The notes: generated by a model from the sequence alone, not told the origin. A DNA stretch of 32,000 nt from Kineococcus radiotolerans SRS30216 = ATCC BAA-149 (GCF_000017305.1 NC_009664.2:1110001-1142000); one strand, 5' to 3'; counted from the first letter of the stretch, positions 7,728-16,692 are shown. Numbers and translations: made by a program.

Positions 7728-9704
7728 TCAGATCCTCCGGTCGGGACCGTCCCCGACGCTGGAGGTGGTGCCCCGCAGGTCGATCACCTGCGGGGGTCGG
7801 GGCGGCCGGGGCACCTCGTGGGCGGCGCGGGCCGCCTCGAGGACGTCGGTGATCTCGTGGCCGATGAGCTCGTGCCGTTCCAGCAGCGCGTCGCGCAGCG
7901 CGGCCACGAGGTGGCGGTGGCGGCCGAGGAGCTCGCGGACGGACTCCTTCTGCTCGCTCAGGAGGTTCTCCACCAGCCGCCGGCCCTCGGAGTCCCCCAG
8001 CACCCGGGAGACGAGGTTGCCGTCGGCGAAGGCGCCCTGCTGGACGGCGGCGAAGGAGACCAGGGTCCCCGCCATCCCCGCCGAGCCGACCATCTGGGCC
8101 GCGACCTGGGTCGCGGACTGCAGGTCCCCGGCCGGGCCGGTGGAGACGTCGCCGAAGAACAGCTCCTCCGCGACCTGGCCGCCGAAGGCGATCTTGATCA
8201 TCCCGGCGAGCTCGGTGCGCGAGCGGGTGTAGACGTCCTCGGCGTCGCCGTGGGCGAGCAGGCCGAGGGCGTCGGCGCGCTTGACGATCGTGAGGATCTC
8301 CAGCCGGCGCTGCGGGGCCACCAGCCACGCGACCGCGGCGTGCCCGGCCTCGTGGGTGGCGATGAGGCGCGCCTCGTGCTCGGTGTAGCCGACCGGCTGC
8401 CCCAGACCGACCTCGGTCACCAGGCGGGCGTGCTCGACGTCGGCCCAGTCCATGCCGTCCGCGCCGCGGCGCACCGCGTTGACCAGCGCCTCGTCCAGCA
8501 GGCTCTCGATCATCACCGGGCTGTAGCCGTTGGTGATCCCGGCCAGCGCGTCGCGACGTTCGGGGTCGTCGAGGGCGGCCTCGTGGGCCTTGCGGGCGAG
8601 GAAGTGGTCGACGAGCTCCCGGCGGCCGGCCTTGTCCGGCAGCCCGAAGGTGAGGCGCCGGTCGAAGCGGCCCGGGCGCAGCAGCGCCGGGTCGAGGGAG
8701 TCGGCGCGGTTGGTCGCGGCGATGAGCAGGATGTCGACGGGTTCGCCCACCGGGCGCTTCAGCTGCCGGTGCGGGGGCAGGAACCGGTTGGCGGCGTCGA
8801 CGAACCAGCCGCGCACCCGCTCGGAGCCGGTGGGCTCGTCGAAGGACTGCATCTGCACGAGGAGCTCGTTGACGACCCCGCTGGCGCCCTCGCTGCTGGC
8901 GAGGCGCTCGGTCCGCAGGGCGGGGCCCGCGGCCGGGGCGAGGGTCATCGGCAGGTCGGTGAGCCCGCCGCAGCCGACGATCCCCGGGACGGGGCCCGCC
9001 GCGGTCGCCGCGCTCATCCCGCCGCGCGCGCCGGCGATCGCGTCGATCTCCTCGATGAACCCGATGGCCCCGCCCTCGCGGCGGGCGGCCTTGCGCAGGG
9101 CCTTGAAGTAGGAGCGCAACCGGCGGGCGGTCGCGCCGTACCACATCGACTGGAAGCTGGTCGCGGACACGAAGAGGAACGGGACCCCGGCCTCGCGGGC
9201 CATCGCCTTGGCCATGTGCGTCTTGCCGGTGCCGGGGGTGCCCTCGAAGAGCAGGCCGCGGCGGGGCCGGCCCCCCATGCGGGTGCGGAAGGTGCGGGCG
9301 GCGAGGAAGAGGTCGAGGCTGCGCTCGACGTCCTCCTTGACCGCGGCCAGGCCCTTGACGTCGTCGAGGCCGACGTCGATCTGCTCGGGCCGGTAGACGA
9401 CGTGCGGGGAGCGGCCGGAGACCAGCGTCTGACCGAGCATCAGCCCGAGCATGGCCAGGAAGAAGATCCCGACCATGAGGTAGATGGGGTCGACGGCGGG
9501 CAGCGCGGGCAGGACGGAGCCGGTGAGGGCGAGGCGCAGGTCGACGACGAGCATGAGCAGGGCGACGGCGAGCAGCAGCCGCTGGGTCCGGCGGCGGCGG
9601 TTGCGCTCGCGCAGGCGTCCGACGTCGGCGCTGTCGCGTCCGGTGCGGGGTCCCGGGCGGGCGGCGTCCTCGCGGGACTCGGGTGCGCGCTGGGCGTCGG
9701 CCAC
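7728..9704 (-). CDS. FtsH-like membrane-anchored AAA+ zinc metalloprotease (divergent paralog)
   Basis: Features present: Walker A GTPGTGKT, Walker B IGFIEEID, pore loop MWYG, LLRPGRFDRR, zinc motif HEAGHAAV, and two N-terminal TM helices. I chose the GTG at 9704, preceded by GAGAGGAGC; the track start at 9788 is possible. Confidence 0.85.
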   Translation of the reverse strand: MADAQRAPESREDAARPGPRTGRDSADVGRLRERNRRRRTQRLLLAVALLMLVVDLRLALTGSVLPALPAVDPIYLMVGIFFLAMLGLMLGQTLVSGRSPHVVYRPEQIDVGLDDVKGLAAVKEDVERSLDLFLAARTFRTRMGGRPRRGLLFEGTPGTGKTHMAKAMAREAGVPFLFVSATSFQSMWYGATARRLRSYFKALRKAARREGGAIGFIEEIDAIAGARGGMSAATAAGPVPGIVGCGGLTDLPMTLAPAAGPALRTERLASSEGASGVVNELLVQMQSFDEPTGSERVRGWFVDAANRFLPPHRQLKRPVGEPVDILLIAATNRADSLDPALLRPGRFDRRLTFGLPDKAGRRELVDHFLARKAHEAALDDPERRDALAGITNGYSPVMIESLLDEALVNAVRRGADGMDWADVEHARLVTEVGLGQPVGYTEHEARLIATHEAGHAAVAWLVAPQRRLEILTIVKRADALGLLAHGDAEDVYTRSRTELAGMIKIAFGGQVAEELFFGDVSTGPAGDLQSATQVAAQMVGSAGMAGTLVSFAAVQQGAFADGNLVSRVLGDSEGRRLVENLLSEQKESVRELLGRHRHLVAALRDALLERHELIGHEITDVLEAARAAHEVPRPPRPPQVIDLRGTTSSVGDGPDRRI

Positions 9705-9861
9705 GGGTCCGCTCCTCTCGGTCGCGTCACCGGCGGTGCGCCGGGACGTGCCCCAGCCAACCCCTCCGGTGCACCGGCGACCACCCACGGTGACGCGTTC
9801 GGGCGATCGCGTTCACCCGCCTGGAGCAACGGAGCGTGATGCCGCCATCACCCGCCCCTCC

Positions 9862-9896
9862 CCGGCGGACCCGGCGCGGTGCGCCGGACCCGCCGG
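9862..9896 (-). terminator. Terminator-like hairpin downstream of mshB
   Basis: CCGGCGG-AC-CCGGCGC-GGT-GCGCCGG-AC-CCGCCGG forms 7+7 bp around a symmetric internal loop. It starts 8 nt after the mshB stop (9904-9906). Confidence 0.45.
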
Positions 9897-9903
9897 CAGG
9901 GCC

Positions 9904-10989
9904 TCAGGAGGAGGGGGCGATCCCGGCGAACAGGTCGGTCTCGCGGCCCTCGGCGTCGTAGGGACCGCCGGCGACCCCGTGCACCAGGCGGTAGTGCTCC
10001 TGGGGCCAGACCGGTTGCGGCACACCGTTGCTCAACCTCATCGCGGGGACCGCGGCGTCGAGGTCGAGGGTGACCTGGGTGGCGTGGGCCCGCAGGGCGG
10101 CGATCTTGGCGGGGACCTGCCCGGTGCCGTCGACCACGGTCGTGACCTCCCCGTCGGGCACGACGACGCTGGGCAGGGGCCCCTCGGGGTCCCCCGCGCC
10201 CTCGGCCCCGGTCTCGGCCAGGCGCCGCAGCGCCTCCCGGACGGGTCGCTCCGGCTGGACGATCTCGTAGACCTTCGCGACCTGCCACGGGACGGCGCCG
10301 CCCGCCCCCCGCGACCCGTCGCCGGCGGCCAGCACGAGGGCGCGCACGGTCGCCTCGTGGACGCGGACGTGGTCGGGGTGGCCGTACCCGCCGCCCGGCT
10401 CGTAGGTCACCACGACCTGCGGGCGGACCTCGCGGACGACCTCGGCGATGCGCGCGGCGACCTCCTCCGGGTCGGCCGCGGCCAGCGAGCGGGGGTCGAC
10501 GTCGTCGCCGGCGGCCGCGCGGCCCGGCTCCAGCCACACCATCCCCGAGTCGCGGTACCCCGTCCCGTCCGGACGGGTGAGGAAGCGGTGGTCGCTCACC
10601 CCCAGGGCCTCCATGGCCGTCGCGAGCTCCCCCGTGCGGTGCTCGGCGAGGGCGTCGGGGTCGAGGTGCGCGAGCTCGGGCGGGATGACCTCGCCGAGCT
10701 CGCCGCGGGTCGCGGTCAGCAGGACGACCCCGGCGCCGGCCTCGGCGTAGCGGGCCATCGTGGCGCCGGTGCCGATGGACTCGTCGTCGGGGTGGGCGTG
10801 CACGAAGAGGATCCGGCGGGGCTGGTCCAGGCGCTCCAGGGAGGCCAGCTCGGCGGGGTCCAGCTCGCGCGAGACGTCGTCGACGAGGTCCGCGGCGATC
10901 TCCAGGGGGTCGCGTCCCGCCGTGGCCGCGCCCGCGGCACCCTCGGGCGTCTCGTCGGGCTGCGGCGGGGGCTGCGGCGTGGTGGTCAT
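9904..10989 (-). CDS. mshB: LmbE-family deacetylase, most likely GlcNAc-Ins deacetylase of mycothiol synthesis
   Basis: Contains ILFVHAHPDDESIG and …GGGYGHPDHVRVHEA (LmbE/MshB/Mca zinc site). The position between typA and fdxA/dapC resembles the Mtb mshB neighbourhood (from memory). An Mca paralog cannot be excluded. Confidence 0.78.
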   Translation of the reverse strand: MTTTPQPPPQPDETPEGAAGAATAGRDPLEIAADLVDDVSRELDPAELASLERLDQPRRILFVHAHPDDESIGTGATMARYAEAGAGVVLLTATRGELGEVIPPELAHLDPDALAEHRTGELATAMEALGVSDHRFLTRPDGTGYRDSGMVWLEPGRAAAGDDVDPRSLAAADPEEVAARIAEVVREVRPQVVVTYEPGGGYGHPDHVRVHEATVRALVLAAGDGSRGAGGAVPWQVAKVYEIVQPERPVREALRRLAETGAEGAGDPEGPLPSVVVPDGEVTTVVDGTGQVPAKIAALRAHATQVTLDLDAAVPAMRLSNGVPQPVWPQEHYRLVHGVAGGPYDAEGRETDLFAGIAPSS

Positions 10990-11019
10990 GGGCCCATCCT
11001 GCCAACCCGCCCGGGGACG

Positions 11020-11058
11020 ACGACGCCGACGGACCCGGTCCGGGTCCGTCGGCGTCGT
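11020..11058 (-). terminator. Strong hairpin downstream of typA
   Basis: Perfect 17-bp stem ACGACGCCGACGGACCC (11020-11036) / GGGTCCGTCGGCGTCGT (11042-11058) with a 5-nt loop, 21 nt after the typA stop. Confidence 0.6.
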
Positions 11059-11079
11059 GCGGGGCTCAGCGCGCGGGCG

Positions 11080-12972
11080 TCAGCCCTTCTTGGCCTTCGA
11101 GGCCGTCTTGGCGCGGGCGTTGGCCTCCAGGACGACCTTGCGGATGCGCACGGACTCCGGGGTCACCTCGACGCACTCGTCCTCGCGGCAGAACTCCAGG
11201 CACTGCTCCAGGGACAGGTGGCGCGGGGGGATGAGGCGCTCGAACTCGTCGGAGGTCGACGAGCGCATGTTCGTGAGCTTCTTCTCCTTGGTGATGTTGA
11301 CGTCCATGTCGTCGGCGCGGGAGTTCTCCCCGACGATCATGCCCTCGTACACCTCGGAGGTCGGCTCGATGAACATCTGCCCGCGCTCCTGCAGGTTCGT
11401 CATCGCGAACGCGGTGGCCGCCCCGGCGCGGTCGGCGACCAGCGAGCCGGACTGGCGGGTGCGGATCTCGCCGGCCCAGTGGTCGTACTGGGCGAAGAGC
11501 GCGTGCGCGATGCCGGTGCCGCGGGTGTCGGTGAGGAACTGGGTGCGGAAGCCGATGAGCCCGCGGGAGGGGACGTAGAACTCCATGCGCACCCAGCCGG
11601 TGCCGTGGTTGGTCATCGTCTCCATGCGGCCCTTGCGGGCGGCCAGCAGCTGGGTGATGGCCCCCAGGTACTCCTCGGGCGCGTCGATGGTGAGGTTCTC
11701 GAAGGGCTCGAGGGTCTTGCCGTTCTCGTCCTTGCGCAGCACGACCTGCGGCTTGCCGACGGTCAGCTCGTAGCCCTCGCGGCGCATCTGCTCGACGAGG
11801 ATGGCCAGCGCCAGCTCGCCGCGGCCCTGCACCTCCCACGCGTCGGGGCGCTCGGTGGGCAGGACGCGGATGGAGACGTTGCCGACGAGCTCGGACTCCA
11901 GGCGGTCCTTGACCAGGCGCGCGGTGACCTTGGAGCCCTTGACCCGCCCGGCCAGCGGGGAGGTGTTGGTGCCGATGACCATCGAGATGGCGGGCTCGTC
12001 GACGGTGATCAGCGGCAGCGGGCGCGGGTCGTCGGGGTCGGCGAGGGTCTCGCCGATGGTGATCCCCTCGATGCCGGCGACGGCGACGATGTCCCCGGGG
12101 CCGGCCTTCTCGCCCGGGACGCGGGTGACGGCCTCGGTGACGAGCAGCTCGGTGATCTTGACGCGCTCGATCGTGCCGTCGTGCTTGCACCACGCGACCT
12201 GCTGACCCTTGATCAGCTCGCCGGAGAAGATGCGCAGCAGGGCCAGGCGACCCAGGAACGGGGAGGCGTCGAGGTTGGTGACGTGCGCCTGCAGCGGGGT
12301 CTCGGGGTCGTAGACCGGCGCCGGGATGGTGTCGAGGATCGTCTGGAAGAGCGGGACGAGGTCCTCGTGGTCGGGCAGGCCGCCGTCCTCGGGCTGGTTC
12401 AGCGAGGCGCGGCCGTTCTTGGCCGAGGCGTAGACGACGGGGACCTCGAGGAGCTTGTCGGCGTCGATGCCCTCGACGTCAGCGGCGAGGTCCAGCAGCA
12501 GGTCGTAGGTCTCCTCCACGACGGCGGCGATGCGCGCGTCGGGGCGGTCGACCTTGTTGACGAGGATGACGACGGGCATACCGGCCGCGAGCGCCTTGCG
12601 CAGCACGAAGCGGGTCTGCGGCAGCGGGCCCTCGGAGGCGTCGACGAGGAGCACGACGCCGTCGACCATCGACAGGCCGCGCTCGACCTCACCGCCGAAG
12701 TCGGCGTGGCCGGGGGTGTCGATGATGTTGATGGTCATGCCGCCCTCGGGCGAGCCCGGGCCGGTGTAGTGCACCGAGGTGTTCTTCGCGAGGATCGTGA
12801 TGCCCTTCTCGCGCTCGAGGTCCCCGGAGTCCATGACTCGCTCGTTGACGTCGGCGTTGGCGCGGAAGGCGCCGGACTGCCAGAGCATCGCGTCGACGAG
12901 CGTCGTCTTCCCGTGGTCGACGTGGGCGACGATCGCGACGTTGCGCAGGTCCTCGCGGGTGCTCAAGGGCAT
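11080..12972 (-). CDS. typA: Translational GTPase TypA/BipA
   Basis: MPLSTREDLRNVAIVAHVDHGKTTLVDAML…, DTPGHADFGGEVER, NKVDR, and EF-G-like domains. The start ATG at 12972 matches typical TypA N-termini; the track start at 13119 adds 49 non-conserved residues. Confidence 0.93.
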   Translation of the reverse strand: MPLSTREDLRNVAIVAHVDHGKTTLVDAMLWQSGAFRANADVNERVMDSGDLEREKGITILAKNTSVHYTGPGSPEGGMTINIIDTPGHADFGGEVERGLSMVDGVVLLVDASEGPLPQTRFVLRKALAAGMPVVILVNKVDRPDARIAAVVEETYDLLLDLAADVEGIDADKLLEVPVVYASAKNGRASLNQPEDGGLPDHEDLVPLFQTILDTIPAPVYDPETPLQAHVTNLDASPFLGRLALLRIFSGELIKGQQVAWCKHDGTIERVKITELLVTEAVTRVPGEKAGPGDIVAVAGIEGITIGETLADPDDPRPLPLITVDEPAISMVIGTNTSPLAGRVKGSKVTARLVKDRLESELVGNVSIRVLPTERPDAWEVQGRGELALAILVEQMRREGYELTVGKPQVVLRKDENGKTLEPFENLTIDAPEEYLGAITQLLAARKGRMETMTNHGTGWVRMEFYVPSRGLIGFRTQFLTDTRGTGIAHALFAQYDHWAGEIRTRQSGSLVADRAGAATAFAMTNLQERGQMFIEPTSEVYEGMIVGENSRADDMDVNITKEKKLTNMRSSTSDEFERLIPPRHLSLEQCLEFCREDECVEVTPESVRIRKVVLEANARAKTASKAKKG

Positions 12973-13212
12973 GAAGTTCTCGATCCGCTCTTCGGGGGTC
13001 TCGACCGCCCGCGGCACCGGGGTGTCCGGGTGCGCAGCGCGATCGCGTGCAGGGTTGACGCCCCAGTCTATCCGCGTCACCGCCCCCTCTCGTCGGACGG
13101 CGATCCTTGCGATCTGCAACGACGCCCTGACCTGCGGCGATGCCCGGAGGATGGCCCGTCGGGACCACCGCCGGTTGGCTCCGACTAGTCATTCCGTGCC
13201 ACCCTCGCCCCC

Positions 13213-14937
13213 ATGTCCTCACCGCCCGAGCACCGATCCGACGCCTCGTCGACACCACCGGGGTCGAGCGCTGCGGGGGCGGTGAGCAGCCGCGACCTCG
13301 CCCGCACCGCCCACCCGCCGGTGGACCGCAGGACCTTCGCGGTCGCCGCCGGCGTGGTCGTCCTCTTCCTCCTCGTGGGCGCGGTCTGGCCCGAGCAGCT
13401 GCAGTCCGGCGCGGACGCCGTCCTCGAGGTCGTGGTCGGTGACTTCGGCTGGGCCTTCGTGCTCGGCGCGACCGGCTTCGTGGTCCTCGCCCTCGTCCTG
13501 GCCTTCAGCCGCTTCGGCCGCATCCGCCTCGGCCGCGACGAGGACCGCCCCGAGCACTCGCGCGCGTCCTGGATCGCGATGATGTTCTCCGCGGGCATGG
13601 GCATCGGCCTGATGTTCTACGGCGTCACCGAACCGGTGACCCACCTCATGACCGTCCCGCAGAACGACGCCGCCCCCGGGTCGCAGGCCGCGGCGCGCGA
13701 GGCGGTCAACTACTCGCTCTTCCACTGGGGCCTGCACCCGTGGGCGATCTACGCCGTGGTCGGCCTCGCCCTGGCGTACTCCAGCTACCGCAAGGAGCGC
13801 GTGGGCGGCTTCTCCGCCGCGTTCGCCCCGCTGCTGCGGGGCCGGCGCGGCCGGGGCGCGGCGCGGGTCATCGACGTCTTCGCGATCTTCGCGACGCTCT
13901 TCGGCTCCGCCGTCAGCCTCGGCCTCGGCGCGGCGCAGATGAACGGCGGGCTCACCGAGGTCTTCGGCGTGCCGAACAGCACCACCGTCAAGGCGACCAT
14001 CATCGCCGTCCTGACCGTCTGCTTCGTCGTCTCGGCCGTCAGCGGCATCGAGCGCGGCATCAAGTGGCTCTCCAACACCAACATGGTGCTCGCCCTGCTG
14101 CTGCTGCTCTTCCTCTTCGTCGTGGGCCCCACGGTCTTCGTGCTCAACCTGGTCCCGGCCTCGCTGGGGAACTACCTCACGGCGCTGCCGACGATGTCCT
14201 TCCGCACCGGGGCCTTCGGCGGCACCGACTGGCTCAGCGGCTGGACGTTGTTCTACTGGGCGTGGTGGGTCTCGTGGACGCCGTTCGTCGGCGCCTTCCT
14301 GGCCAAGATCTCCAAGGGCCGCACCGTCCGCGAGTTCGTCGTGGGCGTCATGCTCGTCCCGACCGCGGTCAGCCTCCTCTGGTTCTCCGTCCTCGGCGGC
14401 GCGGCCATCGACCTGCAGCGCCGGTTCGTGGCGGGCACCGGTGGCGCGGACATCGCGGGCATCGCGGACCAGGAGTCGCAGATGTTCACCTTCCTGCAGC
14501 AGTTCCCCTGGGCCGGGGCCACCTCGGTGCTCGTCGTCGTCCTGGTCGCGATCTTCTTCGTCTCCGGCGCCGACGCCTCCAGCATCGTCATGGGGAGCCT
14601 CAGCTCGTACGGGGTGGACGAGCCGCGCAGGTGGGTCGTCGCCGTCTGGGGCGGGCTGATGGGGCTCGTCGCCATCGTCCTGTTCTTCGCCGGCGGCCTG
14701 GAGGCGTTGCAGGACATCACCATCATCGCCGCGGCGCCGTTCCTGGTCATCATGGCGCTCATGTGCGTGGCGCTGGTCAAGGACCTGCTGCGCGACCCGC
14801 GGATCACCACCCGGGAGCGCCGTCACGGCGACCGCCGCGACCCGCGGGTCACGGCCGTCGACCACGAGTGGGAGAGCCCGCTGCCCGTCGAGGGGCCGCC
14901 GACGCCGCCGGCTCCCGGCGCACGCCCCTCGCGCTGA
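13213..14937 (+). CDS. BCCT family (betaine/carnitine/choline-type) transporter
   Basis: 574 aa with about 12 hydrophobic segments. Includes SWIAMMFSAGMGIGLMFYGVTEP and the Trp-rich segment WTLFYWAWWVSWTPFVGAFLAKISKGRT, which is diagnostic of BCCT carriers. Confidence 0.9.
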   Translation: MSSPPEHRSDASSTPPGSSAAGAVSSRDLARTAHPPVDRRTFAVAAGVVVLFLLVGAVWPEQLQSGADAVLEVVVGDFGWAFVLGATGFVVLALVLAFSRFGRIRLGRDEDRPEHSRASWIAMMFSAGMGIGLMFYGVTEPVTHLMTVPQNDAAPGSQAAAREAVNYSLFHWGLHPWAIYAVVGLALAYSSYRKERVGGFSAAFAPLLRGRRGRGAARVIDVFAIFATLFGSAVSLGLGAAQMNGGLTEVFGVPNSTTVKATIIAVLTVCFVVSAVSGIERGIKWLSNTNMVLALLLLLFLFVVGPTVFVLNLVPASLGNYLTALPTMSFRTGAFGGTDWLSGWTLFYWAWWVSWTPFVGAFLAKISKGRTVREFVVGVMLVPTAVSLLWFSVLGGAAIDLQRRFVAGTGGADIAGIADQESQMFTFLQQFPWAGATSVLVVVLVAIFFVSGADASSIVMGSLSSYGVDEPRRWVVAVWGGLMGLVAIVLFFAGGLEALQDITIIAAAPFLVIMALMCVALVKDLLRDPRITTRERRHGDRRDPRVTAVDHEWESPLPVEGPPTPPAPGARPSR

Positions 14938-14956
14938 CCGGCCCGGTGCCGCGGCG

Positions 14957-14989
14957 CGGGCGGCCCCGGACCCGGTCCGGGGCCGTCCG
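14957..14989. terminator. Bidirectional terminator-like hairpin between the BCCT and Nudix genes
   Basis: CGGGCGGCCCCGGA / TCCGGGGCCGTCCG forms a 14-bp stem with one G-T wobble and a 5-nt loop, centred in the 54-bp convergent gap. Confidence 0.5.
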
Positions 14990-14991
14990 CG

Positions 14992-15390
14992 TCAGAGCGC
15001 CTGCATCGCCGTGACCAGCGGGACGTCCCCGGGCAGCCAGTCCACCGAGAGCCACCGCCCCCGCACCAGCCACCGCAGCTCGTCGTGGTCCTGCAGCGGG
15101 GCCGGGGTCCCGGCGGTGAGGACGGCCCACCAGACCCGCATCTCCAGCTCCGGGGTCAGCGGCCACGCGCCGTCGGGGTGGCGGACCTCCTCCCCCAGCT
15201 CGACGGCGACGCCGAGCTCCTCGCGCAGCTCCCGGTGCAGCCCCTGCTGCGGCGTCTCGCCCGCCTCGACCTTCCCGCCGGGCAGCTCCCACCGCCCGGC
15301 CAGGGCCGGCGGGGCGCTGCGGCGGGCGGCCAGCAGCCGGGTCGGGGCGTCGAGGGAGTCCACCAGCGCCGCGCCCACCACCAGCCTCAC
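14992..15390 (-). CDS. Nudix hydrolase (MutT-like)
   Basis: 132 aa with the Nudix box GGKVEAGETPQQGLHRELREELGV. Its GTG start overlaps the upstream stop as GTGA. Confidence 0.85.
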   Translation of the reverse strand: MRLVVGAALVDSLDAPTRLLAARRSAPPALAGRWELPGGKVEAGETPQQGLHRELREELGVAVELGEEVRHPDGAWPLTPELEMRVWWAVLTAGTPAPLQDHDELRWLVRGRWLSVDWLPGDVPLVTAMQAL

Positions 15391-16031
15391 GCGACCGCCC
15401 CGGGCAGGGGCTGCGCACCCCGCTGCGCGAGGAGGTCCTCCAGCAGCTGCGACTCCGCGCGCTGGCTGGTGACGATCGCCGCGGCGAGGTCGCGCACCTC
15501 CGCGGTGGTGGCGTGCTCGGCGCCGTACTGGGCCATCTCGACGCCCCCGGCGTGGTGGCGCAGCAGCAGCTGCAGGAAGTCGACCTCGAAGACCTGCCCC
15601 GTCTCCGCGCCCAGCCGGGCCAGCTCGGCCGGGGTCGCCATGCCGGGCATGACGCGTCCCTGCCGCTGCTCGACGACGTGGCGGGCGTGCAGGTCGGTGC
15701 CGGCCATCCAGGCCATGACCCCCGTGCCCGCGCTGGACAGCGGCTGGTCCCAGGTGATGAGCAGCTGCTGCAGGCGGCCCGCCTGGTTGCCCTGGGTGGA
15801 GGCGACGTCGACGGCGAGGCGCCGCACCTCCTCGCTGGGGGCGGTCTGGATCGCGGTGTAGGCCATGGCGACGGCCTGGGAGTGGTGGGTGGCCATGTCC
15901 CGGGCGAAGCCGACGTCGACGGAGTTGCCCGCCGGGGCGCTGGGCAGGGCCCGGCCGGCGAGGATCCCCAGCACGAGGGCCAGCAGCAGCGCCACGACGC
16001 TCAGCAGCGCCCCGCGGGCGGTGGTGGGCAT
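15387..16031 (-). CDS. DUF305 domain protein (four-helix, His-rich, secreted/membrane-anchored)
   Basis: Start is ATG 16031 (MPTTARGALLSVVALLLALVLGILAG, a signal/anchor). An internally duplicated motif is present: FARDMATHHSQAVAMA and FLQLLLRHHAGGVEMA. Confidence 0.85.
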   Translation of the reverse strand: MPTTARGALLSVVALLLALVLGILAGRALPSAPAGNSVDVGFARDMATHHSQAVAMAYTAIQTAPSEEVRRLAVDVASTQGNQAGRLQQLLITWDQPLSSAGTGVMAWMAGTDLHARHVVEQRQGRVMPGMATPAELARLGAETGQVFEVDFLQLLLRHHAGGVEMAQYGAEHATTAEVRDLAAAIVTSQRAESQLLEDLLAQRGAQPLPGAVA

Positions 16032-16044
16032 CACCGGTCCCCCA

Positions 16045-16692
16045 TCAGCCGGTGGGCGTCCCGACGCCGTTGGAGCACAGCGCACCCGGCTCGGGGGTCT
16101 GGGCGCCCTGGACGAACTTCGCCAGGAAGGCGTCGATGCGCGGGTCGGCGGCGCTCTCCACGGCGAGCTGGTTGTTCCAGGCCGAGAGCACGACGGGCGA
16201 GGGCAGGTCGGGGTAGGGCGAGAGCACGGTGTAGGTCTCCCCCGCCACGGCGCTCTCCAGCTCCTCGACCTGCTCGGCCGGCAGGTCGGGGCGGTAGGTG
16301 ATCCACACGGCGCCGTGCTCCATGCTGTGCACCGCGTTCTCGTTGCGGACGGGGGCGTCGTAGACCCCGCAGTTGAGCCACACGGGGTCGTGCTGCCCCC
16401 CGACGGGCGGGTTCTCCGCGTAGGTGACGGTCTCGCTCACGTGGTCCCCGCCGGCGTACTCGTACGTCGTCACCGCGTCCAGCGACGGCGGTTCGGGCCG
16501 GTTCACCAGCACGGCCGTGACGGTGGCGGCGGCCCCCAGGACGACGACCGTCGGGATGGCCACCACGAGCGCGCGGCGCCGGCGGGCCCGGGCCCGTTCG
16601 GTGCGGCGCATGGCCGCCACCCGCGCGGCCCGGTCCGCCGCGGAGGGCTTGCCGGGGGTGGGTTCGGTGGGCTCGTCCGTCGAGCCGGGCAT
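16045..16692 (-). CDS. DUF3105 domain protein (membrane-anchored)
   Basis: 215 aa with a basic N-terminus and a TM helix (ALVVAIPTVVVLGAAATVTAVLV). The conserved core is YAENPPVGGQHDPVWLNCGVY…HSMEHGAVWITY. The SD GGAAGGA lies upstream, and the gene ends 13 nt before the DUF305 gene. Confidence 0.8.
   Translation of the reverse strand: MPGSTDEPTEPTPGKPSAADRAARVAAMRRTERARARRRRALVVAIPTVVVLGAAATVTAVLVNRPEPPSLDAVTTYEYAGGDHVSETVTYAENPPVGGQHDPVWLNCGVYDAPVRNENAVHSMEHGAVWITYRPDLPAEQVEELESAVAGETYTVLSPYPDLPSPVVLSAWNNQLAVESAADPRIDAFLAKFVQGAQTPEPGALCSNGVGTPTG

Noticed and set aside
7310-7852. 180-aa + strand ORF translating the 20-bp repeats (…RRRSSARGGDRAP… repeated)
   Set aside because: A 20-bp period is not a multiple of 3, so the peptide repeat is incidental. 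The ORF also runs antisense into the ftsH-like 3' end and has no SD or start context.
13038-13047. 10-bp perfect palindrome CGCGATCGCG
   Set aside because: The flanks do not extend the symmetry. A CG-only palindrome of this length is expected by chance in DNA this GC-rich.
9484-13188. 1234-aa ORF on the + strand
   Set aside because: It lies antisense to the strongly conserved typA and mshB genes. The translation is low-complexity Arg/Gly/Asp/Ala with no motifs. It is a typical stop-codon-poor antisense frame in very GC-rich DNA.
12973-13212. Riboswitch (for example the c-di-AMP/ydaO type) or another osmoregulatory leader upstream of the BCCT transporter
   Set aside because: I looked for the conserved pseudo-symmetric ydaO features and could not recognise them by eye. 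Only short hairpins and a TTGACG hexamer (13054-13059) without a matching -10 are present. A cmsearch would be needed to be sure.
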